A stretch of 42,614 nt of DNA, from NCBI GenBank assembly GCA_043810635.1, contig JBDRNY010000076.1, forward strand, positions 1 through 42,614. The letters are read 5' to 3'. The position numbers were made by a program, and so were the translations under genes. Below, in pieces: positions 17,508 through 25,785 of this stretch (positions are counted from its first letter, which is position 1; every line of letters begins with the position of its first letter). The DNA is from Candidatus Micrarchaeota archaeon. GTDB taxonomy: Archaea > Micrarchaeota > Micrarchaeia > Anstonellales > Anstonellaceae. The notes under the pieces were generated by a model that was given only the letters and a program-made list of their open reading frames with translations, had not been told where the DNA came from and made no database searches.

Positions 17508-18623
17508 TCAGAGTATTATGTTTATTTTATGCCCGCATTTCGGGCAGGGAGGAAATGAGATATTTTTTTCCTTAAATATGCTTTTTTCCACTCCAAACCT
17601 GCTTCTTGAAATTAATAATTGGCTGCAATTAGGGCAATAAGTGTCTTCTGCCCCCTTCAAATCAGTATTTCCGATATATACATAATTCATTCCAATTTCC
17701 TCTGCGATTTTTTTTGCTTTTATAAGAGTGGATTCCGGAGTGGGGGGCTTGTCTTTCATTCTATAATATGGGAAAAAGCGGGAGAAATGCAATGGAATGT
17801 CAGGGGAGAGGGATTTTACAAAATTTGCAATTTGCAAAATATTTTCATCTGAATCATTTTCCCCTGGAATTAATAAATTAATTATTTCCAAATGGATTTT
17901 GTTTTTTGAATTAAACACTCTTTTTATGGAATCCATTACCGGCTTCAATCTTGCAGAGGAGTTTTTCCAGTATTTTTCATCATCCATATATTTCAGGTCA
18001 ATTCTTATTGCCTGCAATAATTTTTCCTTTTCAACCAATTCAAATGCTTCTTTTGTAAAATAGCCGTTGGATACAAATACATGGAATAAATTTTTAGTTA
18101 AATTGTTTTTCCTGCATTCCAATATAGCATCTCGTGCATATTCAAAGAAAATTGTTGGTTCGCTGTAGGTGTATGCAATTCCGTCAACATGGTATTGGGT
18201 TGCCGCATCTGCTATTTGCTTTGGAGTGGTTGGGGGAATGTTTAATGCATTAGGCATATTTTCCCTCACTGCCTGGGAAAGAGTCCAATTCTGGCAGTTG
18301 AGGCACCTGAAATTGCACCCCTGGGTGCCGAATGAAAGAGTGGAAGCGCCCGGCTTGAAATGGAAAAATGGCTTTTTTTCAATAGGGTCTATTGCCAATC
18401 CTGTGGATTTGCCCCATGCAAGTGAGAATAATTCCCCTTTTTCATTTTTCCTTACAAGGCATTTTCCAACATCCCCGTCTTTTATTATGCAATAATGAGA
18501 GCATAATTTGCATTTCACAGCATTTTTCTGGGGGATATTTTTTAATTTTGAATAAAGCAATGCCTGGTGCTTGTATCCTCCGTATTCCAATGCAAGGGAT
18601 TTCTCTTTTTCCTCTTCGCCCAT
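17508..18623 (-). CDS. amrS: AmmeMemoRadiSam system radical SAM enzyme
   Basis: DPIEKKPFFHF, GCNFRCLNCQNW, TYSEP, HFSRFFP, YVYIGN. Confidence 0.9.
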   Translation of the reverse strand: MGEEEKEKSLALEYGGYKHQALLYSKLKNIPQKNAVKCKLCSHYCIIKDGDVGKCLVRKNEKGELFSLAWGKSTGLAIDPIEKKPFFHFKPGASTLSFGTQGCNFRCLNCQNWTLSQAVRENMPNALNIPPTTPKQIADAATQYHVDGIAYTYSEPTIFFEYARDAILECRKNNLTKNLFHVFVSNGYFTKEAFELVEKEKLLQAIRIDLKYMDDEKYWKNSSARLKPVMDSIKRVFNSKNKIHLEIINLLIPGENDSDENILQIANFVKSLSPDIPLHFSRFFPYYRMKDKPPTPESTLIKAKKIAEEIGMNYVYIGNTDLKGAEDTYCPNCSQLLISRSRFGVEKSIFKEKNISFPPCPKCGHKINIIL

Positions 18624-18678
18624 AATATAGGTTGAGGGAGGCATGGTTTTTATAAATGATATATACGAGAATGAAGGC

Positions 18679-20775
18679 ATGCCCTTTCAAGCTGTTTTGG
18701 CAAAAAAAACCCGGGAATTCAATGAAAAAGAATATGTTTCATGCACAATAAGAAGCGGTGAGTCTACATGGAAAGCTGTTCAGGAGCTTGCAAAGCAGAT
18801 GGCTGGGCAAGGAGTTGATGAAAAAAAGCTTGAAACAATAACATACAATTTGCTGGAAAAAGGAGAGGTGTTTATAGTTAGGGCAGGAAGCAAGAAAATA
18901 TCAAAAAACTACAGGAAAGTGTTTGCAGGGGACAGAGTATATTGCAAAAGGAGCGTGCTGAGAAAGGAAGTTGGAGTGAGGGAGATTGCAAAAATAACTA
19001 AAGCGAGAATTGTGAAAAGAGAGGTACAGTTGAGGGAAAGGGTTGAACCAAAGAAAAGCAGAGCCCTGCCAGGGCCGTATTATGGGAAGATGGAAGAGCT
19101 TAAGCACTTCACTTTTGCAAATGCTGATAAGGCAAAAAAAAGGTATTGGACATATGTGCTGGGAGATGCATGCCAAACAGGCAAGCTTTACCGCGCAGAA
19201 GATGCGATATTTGAGGGAGCTGAGATTGATGCTCCTGATGAAAGAGGATGGACTCCGCTTATGCATGCAGTTGCAAACAAGCACAACAAAATTGTAATAT
19301 TGCTTCTTGAAAATATGGCAAAGGCAGATGAGAAAATTCTTTTGTTTGCGCAGAAGCATGGGAATAATGATGCTGTAAAAATGATTATACTGAGGCAGAA
19401 AAGGGACGAGATTGCAAAAAGGGCGGAGGAAAGCAGGAAAGAATTCTATCAAGGGATGGTTGCAGAGCAAAAAGAAACAGTTGAAAAGGAATTGAAGGTG
19501 CGCCTGCATCCGAAGTTGAGAAATCGGCCAGAAAACATGGCAGTAATCGGCTTTATAAAAGAAAGCAAAAATGTGCAATATTACCTGGGCGGAAAGCCCA
19601 ACTCAAAGCATACTGACTGCACAGGAAGCGTAATACGCTTCTGCCACTTTTTGAACAAAGAAGGGCTGCTTTCGTTTGATGCAAAAAAGTTTTTTGAAGA
19701 CAAGAGGCACAGGCATAGCGGGTGGCTTGTGGAAGATTTTTACAAAATGTCGCCAAGCATTGGAAGAGAGTATGTTGTATTGGAAAATTCCGGGCTTGGA
19801 AATATTGGTGAAGGGACATATGTTAGCATGCCTGGGAAAAAAGAGGCGGAAATAAGAGTAGAAAAAATAATTTTTAAATCTGCAGGAAAAATGGTATTTT
19901 TTGCAAACAATGGGGGGAAATATGTTGCAGAAGAATGGGGGGGAAATGTCAGTATAGGCGGGGAGTATGAATGGAATTTTGGAAAGGATAGTTTTTTTGA
20001 AGATAAGAAAGATTGCCCGATTTTTGCCGGAAATCTTATAAAAGAAGGGCATTTGAAAGGAAAAAATGGATTATATTTTAGCTACAACCATTACCCTAAA
20101 AAGAAGATGAATGAAAGGCATCTTGGAATATATTATGGGAGATTGCATAATTATTCAAATCCTGTAGAAATTGGAAAGGAAGGGGAAATGCTTGCAAAAG
20201 AGCTGTCTGGGTTATTTACAGCTGTTCCGAAAAGTGCAAAAGTAAGAAGGGTTGGGGAGAATAAATTTAAAATCACCTGGAATGCAGAAAACATCCGCCT
20301 GCATGAGGGGAAGAAGGGAAATTTTGAATTTGAAGCAAATTTTGCAGTTGACTTTGAGAAAGAAAAGGCAGTATTTGAAAAATATGCCTACAAATTGAAT
20401 AAAAATGGGGAGAGAAGCGGGGAGGCAAGAGGGCCCCAGAAAATAACATTTGATATTGCAAAAGAGGGAAGTAGATATTGGATTATTTTTGACAGCCCGG
20501 TTTATGTTGAAAATACAAGAAATGATGATCCAACACATTATCTGGATTTGGAAACAAAAGGCAGTGCAGGGAGAATGGAAACAAATGGCGGGACTTTGCA
20601 ATTGTATGCATTAGGAGAAGGCTGTGACTGGGACCACCCAAGGGCAAAATATTGGAGAGGGGAGTGGGGGAAGAATTTGAATGAAGGGCATATTCTTGTT
20701 GGGCCGATAAATATTGAGCCAAAAGTGATGATTGCTGGGGCAGGTGTTATGAAGCCGGAAGGGGCTGGCGGATAA
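18679..20775 (+). CDS. Multidomain protein: LysM-like + ankyrin repeats + NlpC/P60-like
   Basis: CTIRSGESTW...VFAGD; GWTPLMHAV; YYLGG...DCTG and HLGIY. Confidence 0.65.
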   Translation: MPFQAVLAKKTREFNEKEYVSCTIRSGESTWKAVQELAKQMAGQGVDEKKLETITYNLLEKGEVFIVRAGSKKISKNYRKVFAGDRVYCKRSVLRKEVGVREIAKITKARIVKREVQLRERVEPKKSRALPGPYYGKMEELKHFTFANADKAKKRYWTYVLGDACQTGKLYRAEDAIFEGAEIDAPDERGWTPLMHAVANKHNKIVILLLENMAKADEKILLFAQKHGNNDAVKMIILRQKRDEIAKRAEESRKEFYQGMVAEQKETVEKELKVRLHPKLRNRPENMAVIGFIKESKNVQYYLGGKPNSKHTDCTGSVIRFCHFLNKEGLLSFDAKKFFEDKRHRHSGWLVEDFYKMSPSIGREYVVLENSGLGNIGEGTYVSMPGKKEAEIRVEKIIFKSAGKMVFFANNGGKYVAEEWGGNVSIGGEYEWNFGKDSFFEDKKDCPIFAGNLIKEGHLKGKNGLYFSYNHYPKKKMNERHLGIYYGRLHNYSNPVEIGKEGEMLAKELSGLFTAVPKSAKVRRVGENKFKITWNAENIRLHEGKKGNFEFEANFAVDFEKEKAVFEKYAYKLNKNGERSGEARGPQKITFDIAKEGSRYWIIFDSPVYVENTRNDDPTHYLDLETKGSAGRMETNGGTLQLYALGEGCDWDHPRAKYWRGEWGKNLNEGHILVGPINIEPKVMIAGAGVMKPEGAGG

Positions 20776-20813
20776 GCTGGGATGTTTAAAAAGAATAGAG
20801 ATGTGAGGAGAAT

Positions 20814-21713
20814 ATGCTGTTTCAATTAAGCTTACTAAAAAGGTTGAAAGAAGAGGAAAAGAAAAAGCTCACTGATAGGGATAAAAAAATAGAGCCGCCC
20901 CCAATTCCTAGACACATCCCAAAAATAAGAGAATCAAAACCTTATGTAAGGCCGATAAGAATAAGACCACGTCCAGGGCCGATAAAAAGCGGGGGTGGAG
21001 TAGGTAATACAATTGTAAAAGGAGAAGGCGGGATGACAAGAAATATGCAATATCAGGTTGTTGGCAGCACAGACAAATACTTTGACCGCGAGTCACATAA
21101 GCTTGCGATAGACGACCCCTTTCATAAATCAACTTTAGAGATAACAAAGGCAGAAGCAACAAACGCCCCTCAATTGATTATTAAGCCCAAGAAAAAATCT
21201 GCTGTAAAAAAGAAGAAACCAAGAATTGAGGAAAATAAGCCTGGAAAATTTGCTCAAAAAATTCCAGAATATAAAGCTGCGGAATTGACGAAAAAAATTC
21301 AGGATGCAATAAATAAAAAGAAACAAAAAATATTTGTTCCGCCCGTGCCAGATGTTAATATTGCAAAGGCGGAAGAAGCAAAAGCAGTGGGGAAACAAAC
21401 TGATTCTAAGATAGAACATAAACTCGGGGAGATTATAGAGAATATGTATAAAACTCTGGAAGAAAAAGAAGTAGCAAAAGCGGAAAAAACAGGGCCAACA
21501 ATAAACGAACTGAGAAATGATATAATGGCTCTCGGGAATAACATATCACAATTTAGTGAGGCAGATAAGGAGAAATATGTGAATGAAATTTGTGCTGTAT
21601 TGGACGGCAAAAATGAACTGTTTGTAGGAGAGAGGGCAGAATACCTGAAAGCGGAGTTAGGCAGGCTGCAAGAAATGAAAGAAAAGGGAGAGTTTATCCG
21701 CTTGTTTTCCTAA
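20814..21713 (+). CDS. Hypothetical Lys/Pro-rich protein
   Basis: 299-aa ORF with RBS GAGGAG; no recognisable family. Confidence 0.75.
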   Translation: MLFQLSLLKRLKEEEKKKLTDRDKKIEPPPIPRHIPKIRESKPYVRPIRIRPRPGPIKSGGGVGNTIVKGEGGMTRNMQYQVVGSTDKYFDRESHKLAIDDPFHKSTLEITKAEATNAPQLIIKPKKKSAVKKKKPRIEENKPGKFAQKIPEYKAAELTKKIQDAINKKKQKIFVPPVPDVNIAKAEEAKAVGKQTDSKIEHKLGEIIENMYKTLEEKEVAKAEKTGPTINELRNDIMALGNNISQFSEADKEKYVNEICAVLDGKNELFVGERAEYLKAELGRLQEMKEKGEFIRLFS

Positions 21714-22098
21714 ACTTGTATCCATAATGCAATAATCCTTCTGGGTCATCCCTTCTAATAATTCTAAATACCATTTCTACTTTGTCCCCTATTTTGATGT
21801 TTTTTTCTGAGCATTCCACAATTTGGGAAGTGAGCTTTGGCCCCTCATCCAGTTCAACAATTGCAAGCAAATAAGGAGTGGTATTTTCCAACCCTCCTGG
21901 TGCGGAGGTAATTGTGGAAAAAGAGTAGATTTTCCCTTTTCCTGAGAAGCGGAATTTTTCGATTTTTCCTTTTCTCCTGCATTTTGGGCATAATTTCCTC
22001 ATCGGGAAATATTTTGTTTTGCATGTGTGGCAAATCGTTCCTTCCAGCAAATATCTTTCAGGTATTCTTCTCCAAGTGATTGCAATATTTTCATTCAT
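21694..22098 (-). CDS. DUF35 Zn-ribbon/OB-fold scaffold protein of the thiolase-HMGS complex
   Basis: WRRIPERYLLEGTICHTC...CPKC...GKIYSFS...YGYKF; operon context. Confidence 0.92.
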   Translation of the reverse strand: MNENIAITWRRIPERYLLEGTICHTCKTKYFPMRKLCPKCRRKGKIEKFRFSGKGKIYSFSTITSAPGGLENTTPYLLAIVELDEGPKLTSQIVECSEKNIKIGDKVEMVFRIIRRDDPEGLLHYGYKFRKTSG

Positions 22099-22337
22099 AA
22101 ATATCACCTAAAATTGCATCCCGCCAGGGATGCGCAAATTATGCTTTCTTTTCCGCAAATCGCTTCGCGATTTGGGGTGCCAAATTCCTCGGGAATTTGA
22201 GCATCCCGAGGGTTTTTCTCCCTACAATGCGCGAAGCGCATTGGGGTCCCAAAGCCCGAAGGGCTTTGTAGGATTTCGCAAAAGAAAAAGGCTCTTGCAA
22301 TATTTTCATTCATAAAAATCACCTAAAATGCTTTCTT
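22080..22337. mobile_element. Hairpin-array (MITE/REP-like) insertion with a flanking duplication of about 35-43 bp
   Basis: TTGCAATATTTTCATTCATAAA[T/A]ATCACCTAAAAT at 22080-22114 and 22295-22329; five perfect 7-8 bp hairpins in between. Confidence 0.75.
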
Positions 22338-23486
22338 CATTACATGGATTACGCAGGTTGCGCCAGAGCCCCCGACATTATGGGTGAGGCCTATTTCAGC
22401 ATCTTTTACCTGCCTGGAATTTGCCTGCCCCCTCAATTGCCATGCAATTTCAACCGCCTGTTTTATTCCTGTCGCGCCTACAGGGTGGCCGCAGCCTTTC
22501 AATCCCCCTGAAGTGTTTATTGATATTTGGGAGTTAAGGGCAGTCAATCCTTCTTCAGTTGCTTTTGCGCCCTCCCCTTTCTTGAAAAATCCGATATCTT
22601 CAATTGCCATTATTTCTGCAATTGTAAAGCAGTCATGCACTTCTGCCAAATCTATATCCCCTGGCTTTAATTTTGTTATTTGGAAAGCTTTTTTTGCAGC
22701 AACTTTTGTTGCATTTAATTCTGTAAGAGATTTTCTGCTGTGCAATGCAAGAGTGTCAGATGCCTGGGTGGATGCAATTATTTCAACAGGCATTTCAGTA
22801 TGTTTTTTTGCTTTTTCAAGAGGCATAAGCACAACTGCTGCCGCGCCGTCTGTTACAGGTGAGCAGTCAAATACCTTCAATGGAGAAGCAACAACCTTTG
22901 AATTAAGCACTGTTTTTATGTCAATTTCCTTCTGGAATTGAGCATATTTGTTTTTGGCAGCATTTGCATGGTTTTTTACAGAAACTGCTGCCATCTGCTC
23001 TTCAGTGGTGCCAAATTCAAGCATGTGCCGCCTTGCCATTAATGCATAAATCGCAGGAAATGTTGCGCCAGGAAACAATTCCCATTCCTGGTCTCCGGCC
23101 CCTCCTAATGCTGAAACAACATCAGGGCCAGATACATCTGTCATTTTTTCAACCCCGCCCACAACAACGCAATCATGCATGCCAGATGCAACTGCAAGAA
23201 ATGCCTGGCGAAGGGCAACCCCTCCGGATGCGCATGCAGCTTCCACACGGGTAGAAGGAATCGGGTTTAAGCCCATCCAATCAGCAAGCAATGCGCCCAC
23301 ATGCTCCTGCCCTATTAATGGGCCTGGAGCCATGGTGCCGGTATATAATGCATCAATTTCTGCCCCTTGCAATTTTGCATCTTCAAGCGCGCTTCTTCCT
23401 GCATCAATTATCAAATCACGGAATCCTCTGCCCCATTCTTCTCCGAATTTGGACATTCCAACGCCTACGATGGCAACCTTACGCAT
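22323..23486 (-). CDS. Acetoacetyl-CoA thiolase (archaeal)
   Basis: EAACASGG, EVHDCFT, NTSGGLKGCGHPVGATG, HNVGGSG. Confidence 0.95.
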   Translation of the reverse strand: MRKVAIVGVGMSKFGEEWGRGFRDLIIDAGRSALEDAKLQGAEIDALYTGTMAPGPLIGQEHVGALLADWMGLNPIPSTRVEAACASGGVALRQAFLAVASGMHDCVVVGGVEKMTDVSGPDVVSALGGAGDQEWELFPGATFPAIYALMARRHMLEFGTTEEQMAAVSVKNHANAAKNKYAQFQKEIDIKTVLNSKVVASPLKVFDCSPVTDGAAAVVLMPLEKAKKHTEMPVEIIASTQASDTLALHSRKSLTELNATKVAAKKAFQITKLKPGDIDLAEVHDCFTIAEIMAIEDIGFFKKGEGAKATEEGLTALNSQISINTSGGLKGCGHPVGATGIKQAVEIAWQLRGQANSRQVKDAEIGLTHNVGGSGATCVIHVMKKAF

Positions 23487-23491
23487 AAACA

Positions 23492-23938
23492 TCAACCCTT
23501 TATTTTTTTCTTGACACGCACAATATGTTTAGAGAACGCCTGTGGAATAATCAAGTCTGAAACCCAGCATGAAATGATGTATAAAACCAAGCACATAACC
23601 CCATACACAACGCTCATGATTAATGCAATCAGAACGGGCGCCCCAATCATCAAACTGTATGCAAAGTTTCCGAATGCCACTAAAGCAGCGGCTATATAAC
23701 GCCCGTTTACCTTCCAGTCTAGTGCCCCTGCCAGCTGGTTTATTACCACGTTGGCAACTACCAGCGCCACGAATATAAGAACAAATGTGAAGACTGAGAT
23801 AAAAGCTAATTCGTCTGTGGCTGGCTCTCCCAGCACCCCCGCCCACAAAGAGGCGATAATTTGCATAGTTGCCAGTAGAAGTGCAAGTATCCCAAATGCC
23901 AACCATTTTCTTTTTGTAATTCCAAGAAAGTCTGCCAT
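23492..23938 (-). CDS. Hypothetical membrane protein (about 4 TM helices) inside the mevalonate operon
   Basis: Hydrophobic ORF tightly packed between HMGS and thiolase. Confidence 0.7.
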   Translation of the reverse strand: MADFLGITKRKWLAFGILALLLATMQIIASLWAGVLGEPATDELAFISVFTFVLIFVALVVANVVINQLAGALDWKVNGRYIAAALVAFGNFAYSLMIGAPVLIALIMSVVYGVMCLVLYIISCWVSDLIIPQAFSKHIVRVKKKIKG

Positions 23939-23947
23939 AGTTATCAC

Positions 23948-25006
23948 TTAGAGGGATTTGAGCTTCCTCCTATGCTTTACATACATTCCATAATCCAGAT
24001 ACTCCTTCCTATTAACATACCATGAAAGGGGATGGGAAGTGCGCTTTCTTGCTTTTGGCAATAAATCTGTTGCTTCTATTGCAAATGAATCCGAGCCTGC
24101 GCCAGAACCAAATGAAGTCATGAGTATTTTCTGCCCCGGCTTTGCAATATCTAATATTGCGCACAAGCCGAGCATGGATGAGGCTGAATAAGTGTTTCCA
24201 ATTTTAGGAGTCATTAAGCCTGGCAATACTTTTTTTGTGTCAATTCCAAGCTTTTGCGCAACTTGGAGAGGAAATTTGCCGTTCGGCTGGTGAAATACAA
24301 AATAATCAAAATCTGATGCAGTAAATCCATATTTTTCAAAAAGCCCTTGTGTTGCGCCCATTACATGCCTGAAATAGGCAGGGGTGCCAGTAAACCTTCC
24401 CCCATGGGAAGGAAAATGCGCATGCTGCCTTCTCCAAAAATCTGGGGTGTCTGTTGTAAATGAAAATGTGCCGTCCAATTTTGCTAAAAAATTCTCTTTC
24501 TGCCTTCCGATAATAAATGAAGCAGAGCCGGCTCCTGCAGTATATTCGAGCGCATCTCCGGGGCGCCCCTGCGATGTATCTGAACCTACTGCCAGCACAT
24601 ATTCAATCATATTAGATGAAACCATGCCCATGCCTATTTGCATTGCAGCAGTGCCTGCTTTGCATGCAAATTCCAAATCTGCGGCAGTAAGCTCGGGTGT
24701 TGCGCCAATTGCTTCTGCCAAAATTGTTGCAGTAGGCTTTACTGCATAGGGATGGGATTCTGAACCAACATATACTGCGCCTATTTTCTCTGCATCTATG
24801 GCTGCAACATCTATTGCATTTTTTGAAGATTCTACAGCCATTGTTGCAGCATCTTCATCCAAATCTGGCACAGATTTTTCCTCAATTACAAGCCCTTTTT
24901 TTATTCTTTCTGCCTCTTCCCCCCATATTTTTGCAATCTCATCTGGCTTTATCCTGAATTTTGGCACATAGGCGCCATATCCTATAATTCCTGATGGGTT
25001 TGTCAT
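23948..25006 (-). CDS. Hydroxymethylglutaryl-CoA synthase
   Basis: GSESHPYAVKP, DLEFACKAGT, HQPNGKFP, GNTYSAS, SFGSGAGSD. Confidence 0.96.
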   Translation of the reverse strand: MTNPSGIIGYGAYVPKFRIKPDEIAKIWGEEAERIKKGLVIEEKSVPDLDEDAATMAVESSKNAIDVAAIDAEKIGAVYVGSESHPYAVKPTATILAEAIGATPELTAADLEFACKAGTAAMQIGMGMVSSNMIEYVLAVGSDTSQGRPGDALEYTAGAGSASFIIGRQKENFLAKLDGTFSFTTDTPDFWRRQHAHFPSHGGRFTGTPAYFRHVMGATQGLFEKYGFTASDFDYFVFHQPNGKFPLQVAQKLGIDTKKVLPGLMTPKIGNTYSASSMLGLCAILDIAKPGQKILMTSFGSGAGSDSFAIEATDLLPKARKRTSHPLSWYVNRKEYLDYGMYVKHRRKLKSL

Positions 25007-25031
25007 AACATAATCACCTTATTGAAAAATA

Positions 25032-25718
25032 TTACAATTTATTCAATGCTTCCCTTATTCTAGGCAAATCTGATTTTGTGGTAAGCACAGGTATTTGCTC
25101 TCTTTGCGCAATTTTCAATGCCAAAGAATCTACTTCATCTATTCCATGCAATACTACAAGAGAAGGTTTCATTGGAGTGACTCGCACCACCACCATAGGG
25201 GAGCGGCCTGTAGAAACGCGGGAAAATATAAATGCTCTTTCAGACATGGTGCCATATAATTTGTGAAATTGGTTATAAGGCATATCTAATATCACTTTTA
25301 ATGAATCCATTAGCGTATAGCCATAAATTTTCTTTACTTTCATCAATTCCTCATTAACCATTACTTTTGCATTAATCAATTTTGCAAAATCTATTGCAGA
25401 AATTGAAGTTGCAAATTCATGGGTTTCAAAATATTGGTCTGTTGGCTGGGCTGCTCCGGCAGCTAATTTGGAAAGTATTGGATTTCCGCGGGATTTGTCT
25501 ATTTCAAACAAAGCATCCACAAACCTGGAAATTATTCCGGTGCCGGGGGATTTTCTCCTATTCCCTTCATAATCTGATATTGTTGAGCAAGAGAGCTTTA
25601 GAAATTTAGCCAGCTCGGTTTGGGTAATGGCAAATATTTCCCTCCATTTTTTCATTGTAGAGCCTGGGTTGGGGGATAGGGTTATCTCTCCGGCCATTTC
25701 AGATTTTAATTTCTCCAT
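25032..25718 (-). CDS. XRE-HTH transcriptional regulator of the type usually found upstream of archaeal HMGS
   Basis: AGEITLSPNPGSTMKKWREIF...ISDYEGNRRKSPG...VSTGRSPMV. Confidence 0.88.
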   Translation of the reverse strand: MEKLKSEMAGEITLSPNPGSTMKKWREIFAITQTELAKFLKLSCSTISDYEGNRRKSPGTGIISRFVDALFEIDKSRGNPILSKLAAGAAQPTDQYFETHEFATSISAIDFAKLINAKVMVNEELMKVKKIYGYTLMDSLKVILDMPYNQFHKLYGTMSERAFIFSRVSTGRSPMVVVRVTPMKPSLVVLHGIDEVDSLALKIAQREQIPVLTTKSDLPRIREALNKL

Positions 25719-25785
25719 ACAAATTTTATGGAAGTTAATGTTTATAAATAGACGTAGTTGAGTTAGACAATTGTCTTAATCACCT

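Noticed and set aside
17508..18623. amrS without neighbouring AMMECR1 or Memo genes
   Set aside because: The partners can be unlinked; this cannot be judged from one window.
10613..21713. Shared M-x-F-[KQ] N-termini on orphan proteins (MFKSQ, MPFQA, MLFQL) as a possible export signal
   Set aside because: Three short matches with uncertain starts are not distinguishable from chance.
22104..22322. 72-aa ORF beginning MIFMNENIA, like DUF35
   Set aside because: It consists of the duplicated DUF35 start plus translated palindromes; not called as a real protein gene, although it may be translated.
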